Positions 16,810-25,784 of a stretch of DNA of 32,000 bases are shown here, in pieces. Below the pieces are notes generated by a model, which worked only from the letters and a program-made list of their open reading frames with translations, did not search any database and was not told the origin of the DNA. How positions within the stretch are numbered: position 1 is the first letter of the stretch; each line of letters begins with the position of its first letter. A program made the translations under genes and the position numbers. Source of the DNA: an uncultured Opitutales bacterium (lineage in GTDB: Bacteria > Verrucomicrobiota > Verrucomicrobiia > Opitutales > Intestinicryptomonadaceae); contig CAKTSY010000005.1 of NCBI GenBank assembly GCA_934613415.1, positions 60,001 through 92,000 on the forward strand. Direction: 5' to 3'.

Positions 16810-19737
16810 TCAGAAAATAAAGGCCCCCTTAAACAAAGTTTGGTAGTTGTTTTTCGCTTTGGGCGCAATTACTGTTCCAACACTTCCGAAAACCTTTATT
16901 GGCAATATACTACCATTTTCCAACCTAACTGCAACTGCATTTTTAGGCAAATTAAACAAAACCTTTTCGTTCGGCTTTGCAAAGAAATAAAACTTAACCT
17001 CTTTGCCGCAATTTTCTATTATGTAGTTAGAAGGCGTTTCGGCTTTTATATTGCCGATTTTAACAAGGTTAAAGGCGCATTCTACGTTTTTACCCTTTGC
17101 AAAAAAGCCGTTGTTTGCAACCGTGTTGCCGTCTGTTTTAAGCGTTGCGTTGCCAATTGCTGCCGCAATTTTTATATCGCCATACTGCGAAAATATTGTG
17201 GCGGAATCGTCGCCGTCCAAATCGGCGTTTGCCCATTTGTGCTCAAAGTTTTGCATTGGCTTGCCCACTAGTTTAGACAAAAGCGAAATTTGAATTTGCG
17301 CCGTCCAACGCCGCCATTGCACCATTTGCGGGATTTTTGCAAATTTGGCGTTTAAGTGGTTTATCATAGAAAATCCGTAGGCAACGGTATACGCAAGCTT
17401 TACGGGGTTTTCTACGTCCATTCCCAAATTATGATGAGTAAGCACCACTTTGTCGTGAAAAAACGCACCTGCCATATTGCCCAAATTAAAACCGTCTTTG
17501 GGGAATGCGTCCCACGCGTTTTTATACCACGCCCCCGAATGCATAAACGAAAACGAAAATCCGCAAAATTGGATTTCGCTGTCGCAAAGTGCCCACCAAC
17601 CGTCTTCGGTAGACAAATATGCCTTTTTAGAATCCTCTATTACGGTAGACAATATTCCGTCGGGATACGCGCTGGGGCTAGGGGCGGCCTTGTTATAGTC
17701 GTACTTAAACGACCTTGAGCCGCACTGATCCTGAAAAACCATATCGCTATTATAGTCTTGGGCTGCAAGCTTTATCATATTTTTGTTGGCGTCTCTTACG
17801 TTTTTATGCCACATACAGGTTGTCCACCCCTTTGCGTGCCCGTAGCTTTCAAAATATTTTTTGCCGTTTGCATCTAGTGCCAATGCAGCTTCGCCTTTGG
17901 CGGCAAAAGTTGGCCCACGCGGGAAATCGCACCACCAAGTTGTATTTGTATACGGCATATATAAATGCCCTTTGGCTTTGCAAAAGTCGATAAACGCCAA
18001 ATATTCTTCGTTTGTGCCATACGACGCCCTTGGCGGATATAAATCGGGATACAACCCGTCTAACCCCGCCCTAAGGTGTGCGGTAGTGTGTATTAGCGCG
18101 GGGTAGTCCATAATAGACACCGTATTTGTTGCCGCCTTTACGTTGGAATCGCTAATTTTTGTAAAAGTGGCTTTCTTTAACTTTTCAAGAAACGCCTTTG
18201 GCAATTTTTGCTCTAGAGTTTTTAAAACATTGTTGTCGGCGCAAAAACTTTTTGCGCTTTCTATTTCGCTTTTTCCGAAAAGTATTTTCACCGATGGGGC
18301 TTTAAAGCTTTCGCCCTTGTTTACATAGGCTAAAAAACACCTGTCTACATAGCCGCCCATTTCGCCGCCGCCAAAGGAAAATTCCGAAGGCGTAAACATT
18401 TTTGCCTTGTCGCTTAAGCCTTCGAATGGCTGCCAAGTTATGGGCTGTGCCGAATATAACGCAATGGGAACATTCTTTATATTAAAATGTATAAAATCTG
18501 CTATGCTAGAGGGAACTCGCGCTTGAACCGAATAGTATTTTTTTGGAACCATTTGGCGCGAAAAGCTTTCGCCGCCCGTTTCAAACCAATAGCCGCCGTT
18601 TTCGGCAAAGTCTCTTATAGGCTCTGCAAGTTCCGCAATAGAAGCGTTCGGCATAGGCATGCAAAAATCCTGCAACGGGTTTATAATTGCCGCCACATTG
18701 TCGGCACTAAGGGCATTAAGCAATTCCTGCGGAGTTCTTATAATGCAAACATTGCCGTTTTTGCCGAAACTTTCGGCATATTCCAACGGGGCTGGGATTG
18801 GATTTTGGTTTGTGTTGGGGGCTATAACGCAAATTTTGTTGCGGTTGTTTTTCGCCGCAAGTTCCGCCGCATGCAAAGCCATTGCTTTTACATATTTTAC
18901 TTGCGATTCTCCGTTTAAAAAGTAGCCGCCTATTCTGAAAACCGCACCCAAGCCAAACTTTTTGCCGCCTATAAACACGCCGTTTTTGGAGTTTGCAATT
19001 ACAATGTCGGAGGAATTTTTGCCGAATGTTCTTGCCGGAATTTTCTCGGTTTTTACAAGCTCTTTGCAAAGCTTTTCGCCAAGCCATTCAGTGGCGTCTT
19101 CGCCCAAGGTTATGGGGCTTGGCTTTTTCTCGCAAAAGCGCATGGGGCTTTCAAAAATTTGCCTATATATTTTTTGCCCGAAACTTTTGCCTTTAATCCA
19201 AAACAAATTTTTTGAATCGGGCGATTTTGGCATAAAAAAGTTTTTGTTAAACACAAAACCGGAATTGCGCGGGTAATTTGTCTGCGCCGAAAGCGACACC
19301 AAATTTTCGGGCTTAAACGTAAATTGCGACGGAATGGAAAACCCCACCAAGTCCGCCTTTTTGGGTGTGTATTTGCTTTCAATTTCAATAAAGTCGCCGC
19401 CGTCTTTTACGAAGACTAAAACATCTATTTCTTCGCTTTGGTAGCTTAAGCTTAGCCTTTCGTCTTCTATTTCGCCAAAAAATTTGGCGTTTTTAGAAAC
19501 CGCTTGGCTTTTGTCGGCAAACTTTGCCGTCCACAAATTGCCGCTAAAATCAAGAGCTAGGTCTTTGCCCAAAGCTTCTATTTTTGTTATAGACCCGTTG
19601 GCTTTGCTAAATTCTACAACATAATTTTTGCCCGAAACTAAAAACGCCTTTTCGCTTTCGGATATTTTTGCAAAAACAACTTGGCAAAGCAAAAAAAATG
19701 GGAACAAGAAAAACGCTACAAATTTCATTTTACGCAT
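16810..19737 (-). CDS. Large secreted protein of unknown family, paralog A (975 aa)
   Basis: ATG at 19737, signal peptide MRKMKFVAFFLFPFFLLCQVVFA|K. A long uninterrupted ORF with a paralog immediately upstream. The central segment KICVI..AAIINP..ENGGYWFETGG looks flavodoxin/GATase1-like. The C-terminal half (MPYTNTTWW, VFQDQCGSRSF, LSTEDGWW) looks like the strand ends of a TIM-barrel glycosidase. No family name was recognised. Confidence 0.85.
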   Translation of the reverse strand: MRKMKFVAFFLFPFFLLCQVVFAKISESEKAFLVSGKNYVVEFSKANGSITKIEALGKDLALDFSGNLWTAKFADKSQAVSKNAKFFGEIEDERLSLSYQSEEIDVLVFVKDGGDFIEIESKYTPKKADLVGFSIPSQFTFKPENLVSLSAQTNYPRNSGFVFNKNFFMPKSPDSKNLFWIKGKSFGQKIYRQIFESPMRFCEKKPSPITLGEDATEWLGEKLCKELVKTEKIPARTFGKNSSDIVIANSKNGVFIGGKKFGLGAVFRIGGYFLNGESQVKYVKAMALHAAELAAKNNRNKICVIAPNTNQNPIPAPLEYAESFGKNGNVCIIRTPQELLNALSADNVAAIINPLQDFCMPMPNASIAELAEPIRDFAENGGYWFETGGESFSRQMVPKKYYSVQARVPSSIADFIHFNIKNVPIALYSAQPITWQPFEGLSDKAKMFTPSEFSFGGGEMGGYVDRCFLAYVNKGESFKAPSVKILFGKSEIESAKSFCADNNVLKTLEQKLPKAFLEKLKKATFTKISDSNVKAATNTVSIMDYPALIHTTAHLRAGLDGLYPDLYPPRASYGTNEEYLAFIDFCKAKGHLYMPYTNTTWWCDFPRGPTFAAKGEAALALDANGKKYFESYGHAKGWTTCMWHKNVRDANKNMIKLAAQDYNSDMVFQDQCGSRSFKYDYNKAAPSPSAYPDGILSTVIEDSKKAYLSTEDGWWALCDSEIQFCGFSFSFMHSGAWYKNAWDAFPKDGFNLGNMAGAFFHDKVVLTHHNLGMDVENPVKLAYTVAYGFSMINHLNAKFAKIPQMVQWRRWTAQIQISLLSKLVGKPMQNFEHKWANADLDGDDSATIFSQYGDIKIAAAIGNATLKTDGNTVANNGFFAKGKNVECAFNLVKIGNIKAETPSNYIIENCGKEVKFYFFAKPNEKVLFNLPKNAVAVRLENGSILPIKVFGSVGTVIAPKAKNNYQTLFKGAFIF

Positions 19738-19743
19738 TATATT

Positions 19744-22677
19744 TTAAAAGATAAAGCTGCCCTTAAATAGCGTATGGCAATTTGCGTCGGACTCGGGCGC
19801 GGTTATAACGCCCGCATTGCCGAAGCTTTCTATAGGCAACTCTCTGCCATCTTGCAATTTTACGGCAACGGCCTTTTTTGGCACGGCAAATAAAACCTTT
19901 TCGTTCGGCTTTGCAAAGAAATAAAACTTAAGCTCTTTGCCGCAATTTTCTATTATGTAGCTGGAAGGTTTTTCGGCATTTACATTGCCGAGTTTAACAA
20001 GGTTAAATGCGCATTCAACGTTTTTGCCCTTTGCAAAAAAGCCGTCGTTTGCAATTGTGTAATTGCCTATTTTTAGCGTTGTGTCGCCAATGGCTGCCGC
20101 AGTTTTTATATCGCCATATTGCGAGAATATTGTGGCAGAATCGTCGCCGTCTAAATCTGGATTTGTCCATTTATGCGCAAAGCCATGCATCGGCTTGCCT
20201 ATTAGTTTCGACAAAAGAGACATTTGAAGCTGCGCTGTCCAACGCCTCCACTCAATTAAATGGGCAAAGTTTATCTGCCTAATATATAACTGGTTTACCA
20301 TAGAATAGCCGTAGGCAATAGTATATGCAAGCTTGCGCGGAGTGTTTACATCGGTTCCCAAATCGTGGTGGGTAAGCGAAACTTTGTCGTGAAAAAACGC
20401 CCCCGTTAGGTTGCCCAATGTAAAGCTGTCTTTGGGGAAAGTGTCCCAAATGCACTTATACCATTTGCCCTGCTGCATAAACGAAAACGACATTCCGCAA
20501 AACTGAATTTCGCCGTCGCAAATGCCCCACCAACCGTCTTCGGTAGACAAATACGCCTTTTTGGAATCGCGCATTACGGTAGAGACAAAGCCCTCGGAAT
20601 ATGCACTTGGGCTTGGAGACGCCTTGTTGTAGTCGTACCTAAAAGCCCTTGCCCCGCTTTGGTCTTGGAACACTATGTCGCTTTTATAGTCTACCAAAGA
20701 TTCTTTAAGAAGTTTGTCGTTGGCGTCTCTTACGTCTTTATGCCACATACAGGTTGTCCAGCCTTCGGCGCTTCCGTATTTTTCAAAAATTTCCTTTCCG
20801 TTTTCGTCTAGCGAAAGCGCGCCGCGCCCCTTTGCCTCGAAGGTTGGTCCTTTGGGAGAGTCGCACCACCAGGTGTTGTTGGTATAAGGCATATACATAT
20901 GCCCTTTAGATTTGCAAAAGTCGATAAACGCCAAATATTCTTCGTTTGTTCCGTACGACGCCCTTGGCGGATAGTGGTCGGGATACTGTTTGTCGAAGCC
21001 GCCCCTTAGATAACCCGAAACGTGAACTACCATCGGAAAATCTAAGGCCGCCACAGTCTGCATAGCGTCTTTTGCGTTAGAATCGTTTATTTTCATCATA
21101 ACCGATTTTTTGAACTTTTCCAAAAACGCCTTGGGCATTTTTTGGTCTAGGGTTTTTAGAACCTTGTTGTCGGCGCAAAAACTTTTTGCGCTTTCTATTT
21201 CGCTTTTGCCGAAAAGTATTTTTACAGATGGGGCTTTAAAAGTTTCGCCCTTGTTTACATAGGCTAAAAAACACCTGTCTACATAGCCGCCCTTTTCGCC
21301 GCCGCCAAAGGAAAATTCCGAAGGCGTAAACATCTTTGCCTTGTCGCTTAAGCCTTCAAACGGCTGCCAAGTTATGGGCTGCACCGAATATAGCGCAAGG
21401 TTTTTGCCTAGCATATTAAAATGCAAAAAATCGGCTATAGCCGAAGGAACGCGGTTTTTAACCGAAAAGTATTTTTTCGGCTCCATTTGGCGCATAAAAC
21501 TAAAACCGCCAGTTTCAAACCAATAGCCGCCGTTTTCGGCAAACTCTCTTATGGGTTCAACCAAGTCCATAAGCGTGCCGTCGGGCATCGGCAAACAGCA
21601 TTCCTGCAGGGGGTTTATTATTGCGGCAACATCGTCGGCTTCCAAAGCCTGCTGCAGCTGGTTTGCATTTCTTATAACGCAAAAGTTTTTTACGTTGTCG
21701 AAAGCCGCAACATATTCCGAAGGGCGCGGGGTTTCCCACTGGTTTGTATTGCAATCTATAACGCAAATTTTGTTGCGCTTTGTTTTCGACAAAAGCTTTG
21801 CCGAATGCAACGCCATTGCCTTTATATATTTTACCTGCGATTCGTCTTTTAAAAACCAGCCGCCTATTCTGAAAATTGCGCCTTCGCCTATCTTTTTGCC
21901 GCCTATAAACACGCCGTTTTTAGAATTGGCAATTACAATGTCGGCAGAGTTTTTGCCGAATGTTCTTGTGGGGATTTTATCGGTTTTTACAAGCTCTTTA
22001 GAAAGCTTTTCGCCAAGCCATTCTGAAGCGTCTTTGCCCAATGTTATGGGGCTTGGCTCCCTATAAGGCTCGTAGCAACTCATTGCAGTGCCAAATATTT
22101 TTTTGTAAACGCCCATTCCGTAGTTTTTGCCGCGCACCCAAAATATATTTTTGCTCGACATACTTTTGGGCATAAAAAAGTTCTTGTTAAACACAACTCC
22201 CGAATTGCGCGGGTAGTTAAACTCTGCCGAAAGCGATACCAAATTTTGCGGCTTAAACGTAAATTGCGACGGAATGGAAAACTCCAGCAAGTCTGCCTTT
22301 TTCGGCGTATATTTGCTTTCAATTTCAATAAAATCGCCGCCGTATTTTACGAAAACTAAAACATCTATTTCTTCGCTTTGGTAGCTTAAGCTTAGCCTTT
22401 CGTCTTCTATTTTGCCAAAAAATTTGGCGTTTTTAGAAACCGTTTGGCTTTTGTCGGCAAACTTTGCCGCCCACAAATTGCCGCCAAAATCAAGAGCTAG
22501 GTCTTTGCCCAAAGCTTCTATTTTTGTTATAGACCCGTTGGCTTTGCTAAATTCTACAACATAGTTTTTGCCCGAAACTAAAAATGTTTTTTCAGTTTCG
22601 GATATTTTTGCAAAAACAACTTGGCAAAGCGCAAACGCCAAAGCCAATACCGCAAGTCTAATAAATCTCATTTTCAT
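19744..22677 (-). CDS. Large secreted protein of unknown family, paralog B (~977 aa)
   Basis: The track start at 22683 is TTG. The ATG at 22677 gives MKMRFIRLAVLALAFALCQVVFA|K. It is collinear with paralog A over its full length. The stop at 19744-19746 lies 6 nt before the ATG of paralog A. Confidence 0.85.
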   Translation of the reverse strand: MKMRFIRLAVLALAFALCQVVFAKISETEKTFLVSGKNYVVEFSKANGSITKIEALGKDLALDFGGNLWAAKFADKSQTVSKNAKFFGKIEDERLSLSYQSEEIDVLVFVKYGGDFIEIESKYTPKKADLLEFSIPSQFTFKPQNLVSLSAEFNYPRNSGVVFNKNFFMPKSMSSKNIFWVRGKNYGMGVYKKIFGTAMSCYEPYREPSPITLGKDASEWLGEKLSKELVKTDKIPTRTFGKNSADIVIANSKNGVFIGGKKIGEGAIFRIGGWFLKDESQVKYIKAMALHSAKLLSKTKRNKICVIDCNTNQWETPRPSEYVAAFDNVKNFCVIRNANQLQQALEADDVAAIINPLQECCLPMPDGTLMDLVEPIREFAENGGYWFETGGFSFMRQMEPKKYFSVKNRVPSAIADFLHFNMLGKNLALYSVQPITWQPFEGLSDKAKMFTPSEFSFGGGEKGGYVDRCFLAYVNKGETFKAPSVKILFGKSEIESAKSFCADNKVLKTLDQKMPKAFLEKFKKSVMMKINDSNAKDAMQTVAALDFPMVVHVSGYLRGGFDKQYPDHYPPRASYGTNEEYLAFIDFCKSKGHMYMPYTNNTWWCDSPKGPTFEAKGRGALSLDENGKEIFEKYGSAEGWTTCMWHKDVRDANDKLLKESLVDYKSDIVFQDQSGARAFRYDYNKASPSPSAYSEGFVSTVMRDSKKAYLSTEDGWWGICDGEIQFCGMSFSFMQQGKWYKCIWDTFPKDSFTLGNLTGAFFHDKVSLTHHDLGTDVNTPRKLAYTIAYGYSMVNQLYIRQINFAHLIEWRRWTAQLQMSLLSKLIGKPMHGFAHKWTNPDLDGDDSATIFSQYGDIKTAAAIGDTTLKIGNYTIANDGFFAKGKNVECAFNLVKLGNVNAEKPSSYIIENCGKELKFYFFAKPNEKVLFAVPKKAVAVKLQDGRELPIESFGNAGVITAPESDANCHTLFKGSFIF

Positions 22678-22690
22678 TCGCAAAAAAACT

Positions 22691-22718
22691 ACTATAACGC
22701 AAATTTCTTTGCAAACAA
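22691..22718 (-). promoter_or_regulatory. Candidate sigma70-type promoter for the paralog B / paralog A / CCP-like operon
   Basis: The minus strand reads TTGTTT (22718-22713) - 16 nt - TATAGT (22696-22691), 13 nt upstream of ATG 22677. No terminator is seen between dprA and this site. Confidence 0.3.
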
Positions 22719-22760
22719 AAAGATGCCTTAAGCGCGCGCAAAATGCACAGAATAAAAAGC

Positions 22761-23897
22761 CTACATACGCTCGTATTTGTCGCCGATGGTGCGCTTTAAA
22801 AACTTTTTAATTTCAAGCATAGAAAGGCACACCGCAATTTTTGCGGGCGGCATTTCGCATTTAAGCGAAATTTCATTTGCCGAAAGTTTTGCCCCGTCTT
22901 TAAAAAATTCAAAAACAAATTTTTCGTCGCTGCCAAGCGAGTCTAAATTTAGTTGTGAAATTTTCGGCGTCGGCAAATTCAACTCGCCTTGTACTGCGCA
23001 ACCATTTTTTGGCATAGCTGCCCTGCCGCAAAACCTAAGTTGCTCTATAACGTCTCGGGCACTTGTTGCAAGCAAAGCCCCGTCTTTTATAAGCGCGTGG
23101 CAACCCGCCGAGCTTTCGCTGTCTATGCGGCCTGGAACCGCAAAAACGTCTTTGCCCTGCTCGGCGGCTATCGAGGCGGTAATCATACTGCCTCCCTTTA
23201 GCCCCGATTCTATAACAACAACCGCAAGCGACAAACCCGCAACTATTCTGTTTCGCATTGGGAAAGACGCCCTGTCGGCTCTTTGCCCCAATTTAAATTC
23301 CGAAACCACCGCGCCTTTTTGCGAAATGTCTTCGTATAATTTTGAATTTTCTGGCGGATACACAACATCTACGCCGTTGCCCAAAACAGCAATCGTTTTG
23401 CCGTTTGCCTCCAAAGCTCCCATATGGGCATACGAATCTATTCCGCGCGCCATTCCGCTAACAACGCAAAAGCCGGCTTCTGCAAAATCTCTTGCAAAAG
23501 CCCTTGCGCACATTTGCCCGTAAACCGAGCAAAAGCGCGTACCTACAATGGCAATACACGGCATATTCAATATATCTGCATTGCCCCTAACATATAGACC
23601 AACTGGCATTGAATCGAAAGAGCGCAAACTTTGCGGATATTTTTCGTTTTCAACGCCAACATATTCGATTTTTAATTTTGCCATTCTTTCCAGATAGGTT
23701 TTGCCTATAAGATTTGCGCTTGCCAAAATGCTATCGGCACACTTTTGGCGCATTCTTTCGACCTGCATAAGCTCGCTTTTAGAAGCCGAAAAAATATTCT
23801 CTACCGAACCGAATTTTTCCAGCAGCCTTGCCGCCATTTTCGCGCCCACTTCGGGCACTGCCGCCAACCGCATATATTGAAAATCGCTATCGTTCAT
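22761..23897 (-). CDS. dprA: DNA processing protein DprA
   Basis: 378 aa. The Rossmann-like DprA core includes IAIVGTRFCS, VSGMARGIDSYAHMGAL and VFAVPGRID. A C-terminal wHTH-like tail is present. Its start overlaps the nnr stop as ATGA (23894-23897). Confidence 0.9.
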   Translation of the reverse strand: MNDSDFQYMRLAAVPEVGAKMAARLLEKFGSVENIFSASKSELMQVERMRQKCADSILASANLIGKTYLERMAKLKIEYVGVENEKYPQSLRSFDSMPVGLYVRGNADILNMPCIAIVGTRFCSVYGQMCARAFARDFAEAGFCVVSGMARGIDSYAHMGALEANGKTIAVLGNGVDVVYPPENSKLYEDISQKGAVVSEFKLGQRADRASFPMRNRIVAGLSLAVVVIESGLKGGSMITASIAAEQGKDVFAVPGRIDSESSAGCHALIKDGALLATSARDVIEQLRFCGRAAMPKNGCAVQGELNLPTPKISQLNLDSLGSDEKFVFEFFKDGAKLSANEISLKCEMPPAKIAVCLSMLEIKKFLKRTIGDKYERM

Positions 23898-25384
23898 CTT
23901 TTAATATATTGCAGAATTTCGGAGGCTATTATTGCGTTTTCGCCGCATTTTTTTGCGGCCTTGTTTGCCGCCTTGCCCAAAATGGAATATGCTGCCAAAG
24001 CAGCCTCGGGCAGCGAAAGGTTAAATTCTTTATTTGCAAGCAAAGACGCCGCAATGCCCGCTAGCATATCGCCCGTAGAACCTCTTGCCAGAGCGGGAGT
24101 GCCCTCGGTGTTAACGACAATGTTTTTGCCGTCGCAAACCCTAACAAAACGCCCCTTAAGCATAACGGTTGCGTTATACTGTTTTGCTACCTGCATTAGG
24201 CTTTGGTCGGAACTGTCTTTTGCCAGACGCAAAAATTCGCCGTTGTGCGGGCAAATTAAAACGTGTCTGTTTGCGTCTTTGCAGGCCTGCAAACATTCGG
24301 GGCAAATTGCGTCGGCGTCTAAAACAATTGGGCAGTTAAAGTTCTTTATCAGTTCAATAAAAAGAGCCCTTGTTTCAAAAGTTCTGCCAGCTCCCGAACC
24401 CAGCAAAAGCGCGGTAGATTTTCCCGCATATTTTGCAATGTCTTTTAAGCCCTCCAACGCCAAAAAGCCGTTCTCGCAAACGGGGCAAGGCGTCCACATA
24501 GCCGAGGGCTCGTTAACGGCAAAGGCAATATCCAAGCCTTCCGACACGCACACGCGCAAAAGCCCTATTCCGCTTTTTAGCGCGCCCTTTGCGTTAAGCA
24601 AAACGGCACCCTTATATTCGCGCGAGCCGCCTACTATAGTTAAAAATCCGTAGCTGCGCTTGTCGGTGTCGCTGCGCCTTAACTTTTTAAAGAAGTGCAA
24701 GCTTTGCTTTGCGTTGTAGATATATTGGCTAGCCTTCTCTTTTTCGCCGTCAAAAAAGCCTATGTCTACATATCTTATGCGCCCTACATATTTCGCGTTA
24801 AAATCGCAAAAAAGCGGCTTTTTTGCAATGCCTGTTGCGTATGTATAGTCGGCAACAAAGGCGGTACTTGCTGGCTTTTCGCCTATGCCGAAAGGCAGGT
24901 CTACCGCAATTTTATAGTCGCTTTGCAGACTGTTTGCGGCGTTTACATATCCGCAAAATTCGGGAGAAATCGCGCCGCTAAAGCGCATGGCTGCAATGCC
25001 CTCTACTACAATGCTGTAGCCGAACTTTGCCATTTGCTGCAAATTTTTAAAGTCCGCCCCAAAGGCGTTTTTAAGCTCGCCTAACAACACGCGCAAATTT
25101 GCCCCAAGTTTCGATTCGTCAAAAAGCAAAGCTATGTCGATTTTGCATTTTGGGAATTTTTTGCAGGCACTTAATGCAAACGCCACGGCGTCAGCGGCGT
25201 TGTTGCCCTTGCCCAGCAAAAGCGCAATGCGCTTGGGTTTGCAGGCTGTTTGTTTAAAAAAATCCTTCGCAATTTTTTTGCCGACTTTCCTTATAACCGA
25301 AAGCGAATCGGCAGCGGTATTTTCAAAATACCGCTTTTCAAACTCGGCAGACGCTTGCAAATCCATTATAGGGTCTATCTTCAT
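23894..25384 (-). CDS. nnr: Bifunctional NAD(P)H-hydrate repair enzyme (epimerase plus ADP-dependent dehydratase)
   Basis: 496 aa. The YjeF-N motif is LLGKGNNAADAVAFA. The carbohydrate-kinase-like C-terminal domain carries LLGSGAG, PHNGEF, VMLKG and GSTGDMLAGIAASLLA. Confidence 0.85.
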   Translation of the reverse strand: MKIDPIMDLQASAEFEKRYFENTAADSLSVIRKVGKKIAKDFFKQTACKPKRIALLLGKGNNAADAVAFALSACKKFPKCKIDIALLFDESKLGANLRVLLGELKNAFGADFKNLQQMAKFGYSIVVEGIAAMRFSGAISPEFCGYVNAANSLQSDYKIAVDLPFGIGEKPASTAFVADYTYATGIAKKPLFCDFNAKYVGRIRYVDIGFFDGEKEKASQYIYNAKQSLHFFKKLRRSDTDKRSYGFLTIVGGSREYKGAVLLNAKGALKSGIGLLRVCVSEGLDIAFAVNEPSAMWTPCPVCENGFLALEGLKDIAKYAGKSTALLLGSGAGRTFETRALFIELIKNFNCPIVLDADAICPECLQACKDANRHVLICPHNGEFLRLAKDSSDQSLMQVAKQYNATVMLKGRFVRVCDGKNIVVNTEGTPALARGSTGDMLAGIAASLLANKEFNLSLPEAALAAYSILGKAANKAAKKCGENAIIASEILQYIKR

Positions 25385-25388
25385 TTTC

Positions 25389-25784
25389 TTACGCTGAAAC
25401 TACCGCAAAGGCAACGGCATAGTCTTTTAAATGGCTAATGCTTATATGCATTTTTTTGCCGCCTATTGCCGCCATTTTATTTTTTGCACAATCGTCTAAC
25501 ACGGCGTAGGGCGCGCCGCTTTCGGAATTTTGCACCGAAAGCGACTTTGGCGAAACGCCGTCGGCAAAACCGCACTGCAACGCCTTTGCCATCGCCTCTT
25601 TTGCGGCAAAACGGGCGGCAAACCTTTCGGCACTGTTTTTAAACTTATTGCAATATGCAATTTCGCTTTCTGTAAATGTCTTTTCGAGAAAAGTGTTGCC
25701 GTAGCGCAAAATCATATTCTGCACTCTTGCCACATCGCAAATATCGGTGCCTACCGCTACAACGCCTCCCAAAACTTCACTCAT
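25389..25784 (-). CDS. acpS: Holo-[acyl-carrier-protein] synthase
   Basis: The track ORF runs to 25847, inside pdxJ. The Met at 25784 gives MSEVLGGVVAVGTDICDVARV and forms an ATGA overlap with the pdxJ stop (25781-25784). Motifs are GTDI, FAAKEAMAKAL and ISISH. Confidence 0.85.
   Translation of the reverse strand: MSEVLGGVVAVGTDICDVARVQNMILRYGNTFLEKTFTESEIAYCNKFKNSAERFAARFAAKEAMAKALQCGFADGVSPKSLSVQNSESGAPYAVLDDCAKNKMAAIGGKKMHISISHLKDYAVAFAVVSA

Larger units (their letters stand above)
16810..22683 (-). repeat. Tandem direct duplication of a ~2.94-kb gene unit
   Basis: The nucleotide offset between copies is 2934-2940 bp. Near-identical tracts include 19381-19690 vs 22321-22630 and 18241-18465 vs 21175-21399, separated by clearly more diverged tracts. 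Confidence 0.9.

Noticed and set aside
16810-22683. A diversity-generating retroelement (TR/VR) explanation for the two near-identical gene copies
   Set aside because: In the tracts I compared, most differences are transitions with a few transversions, affect all four bases, and show no adenine-specific pattern. No reverse transcriptase or accessory gene is present in the window.
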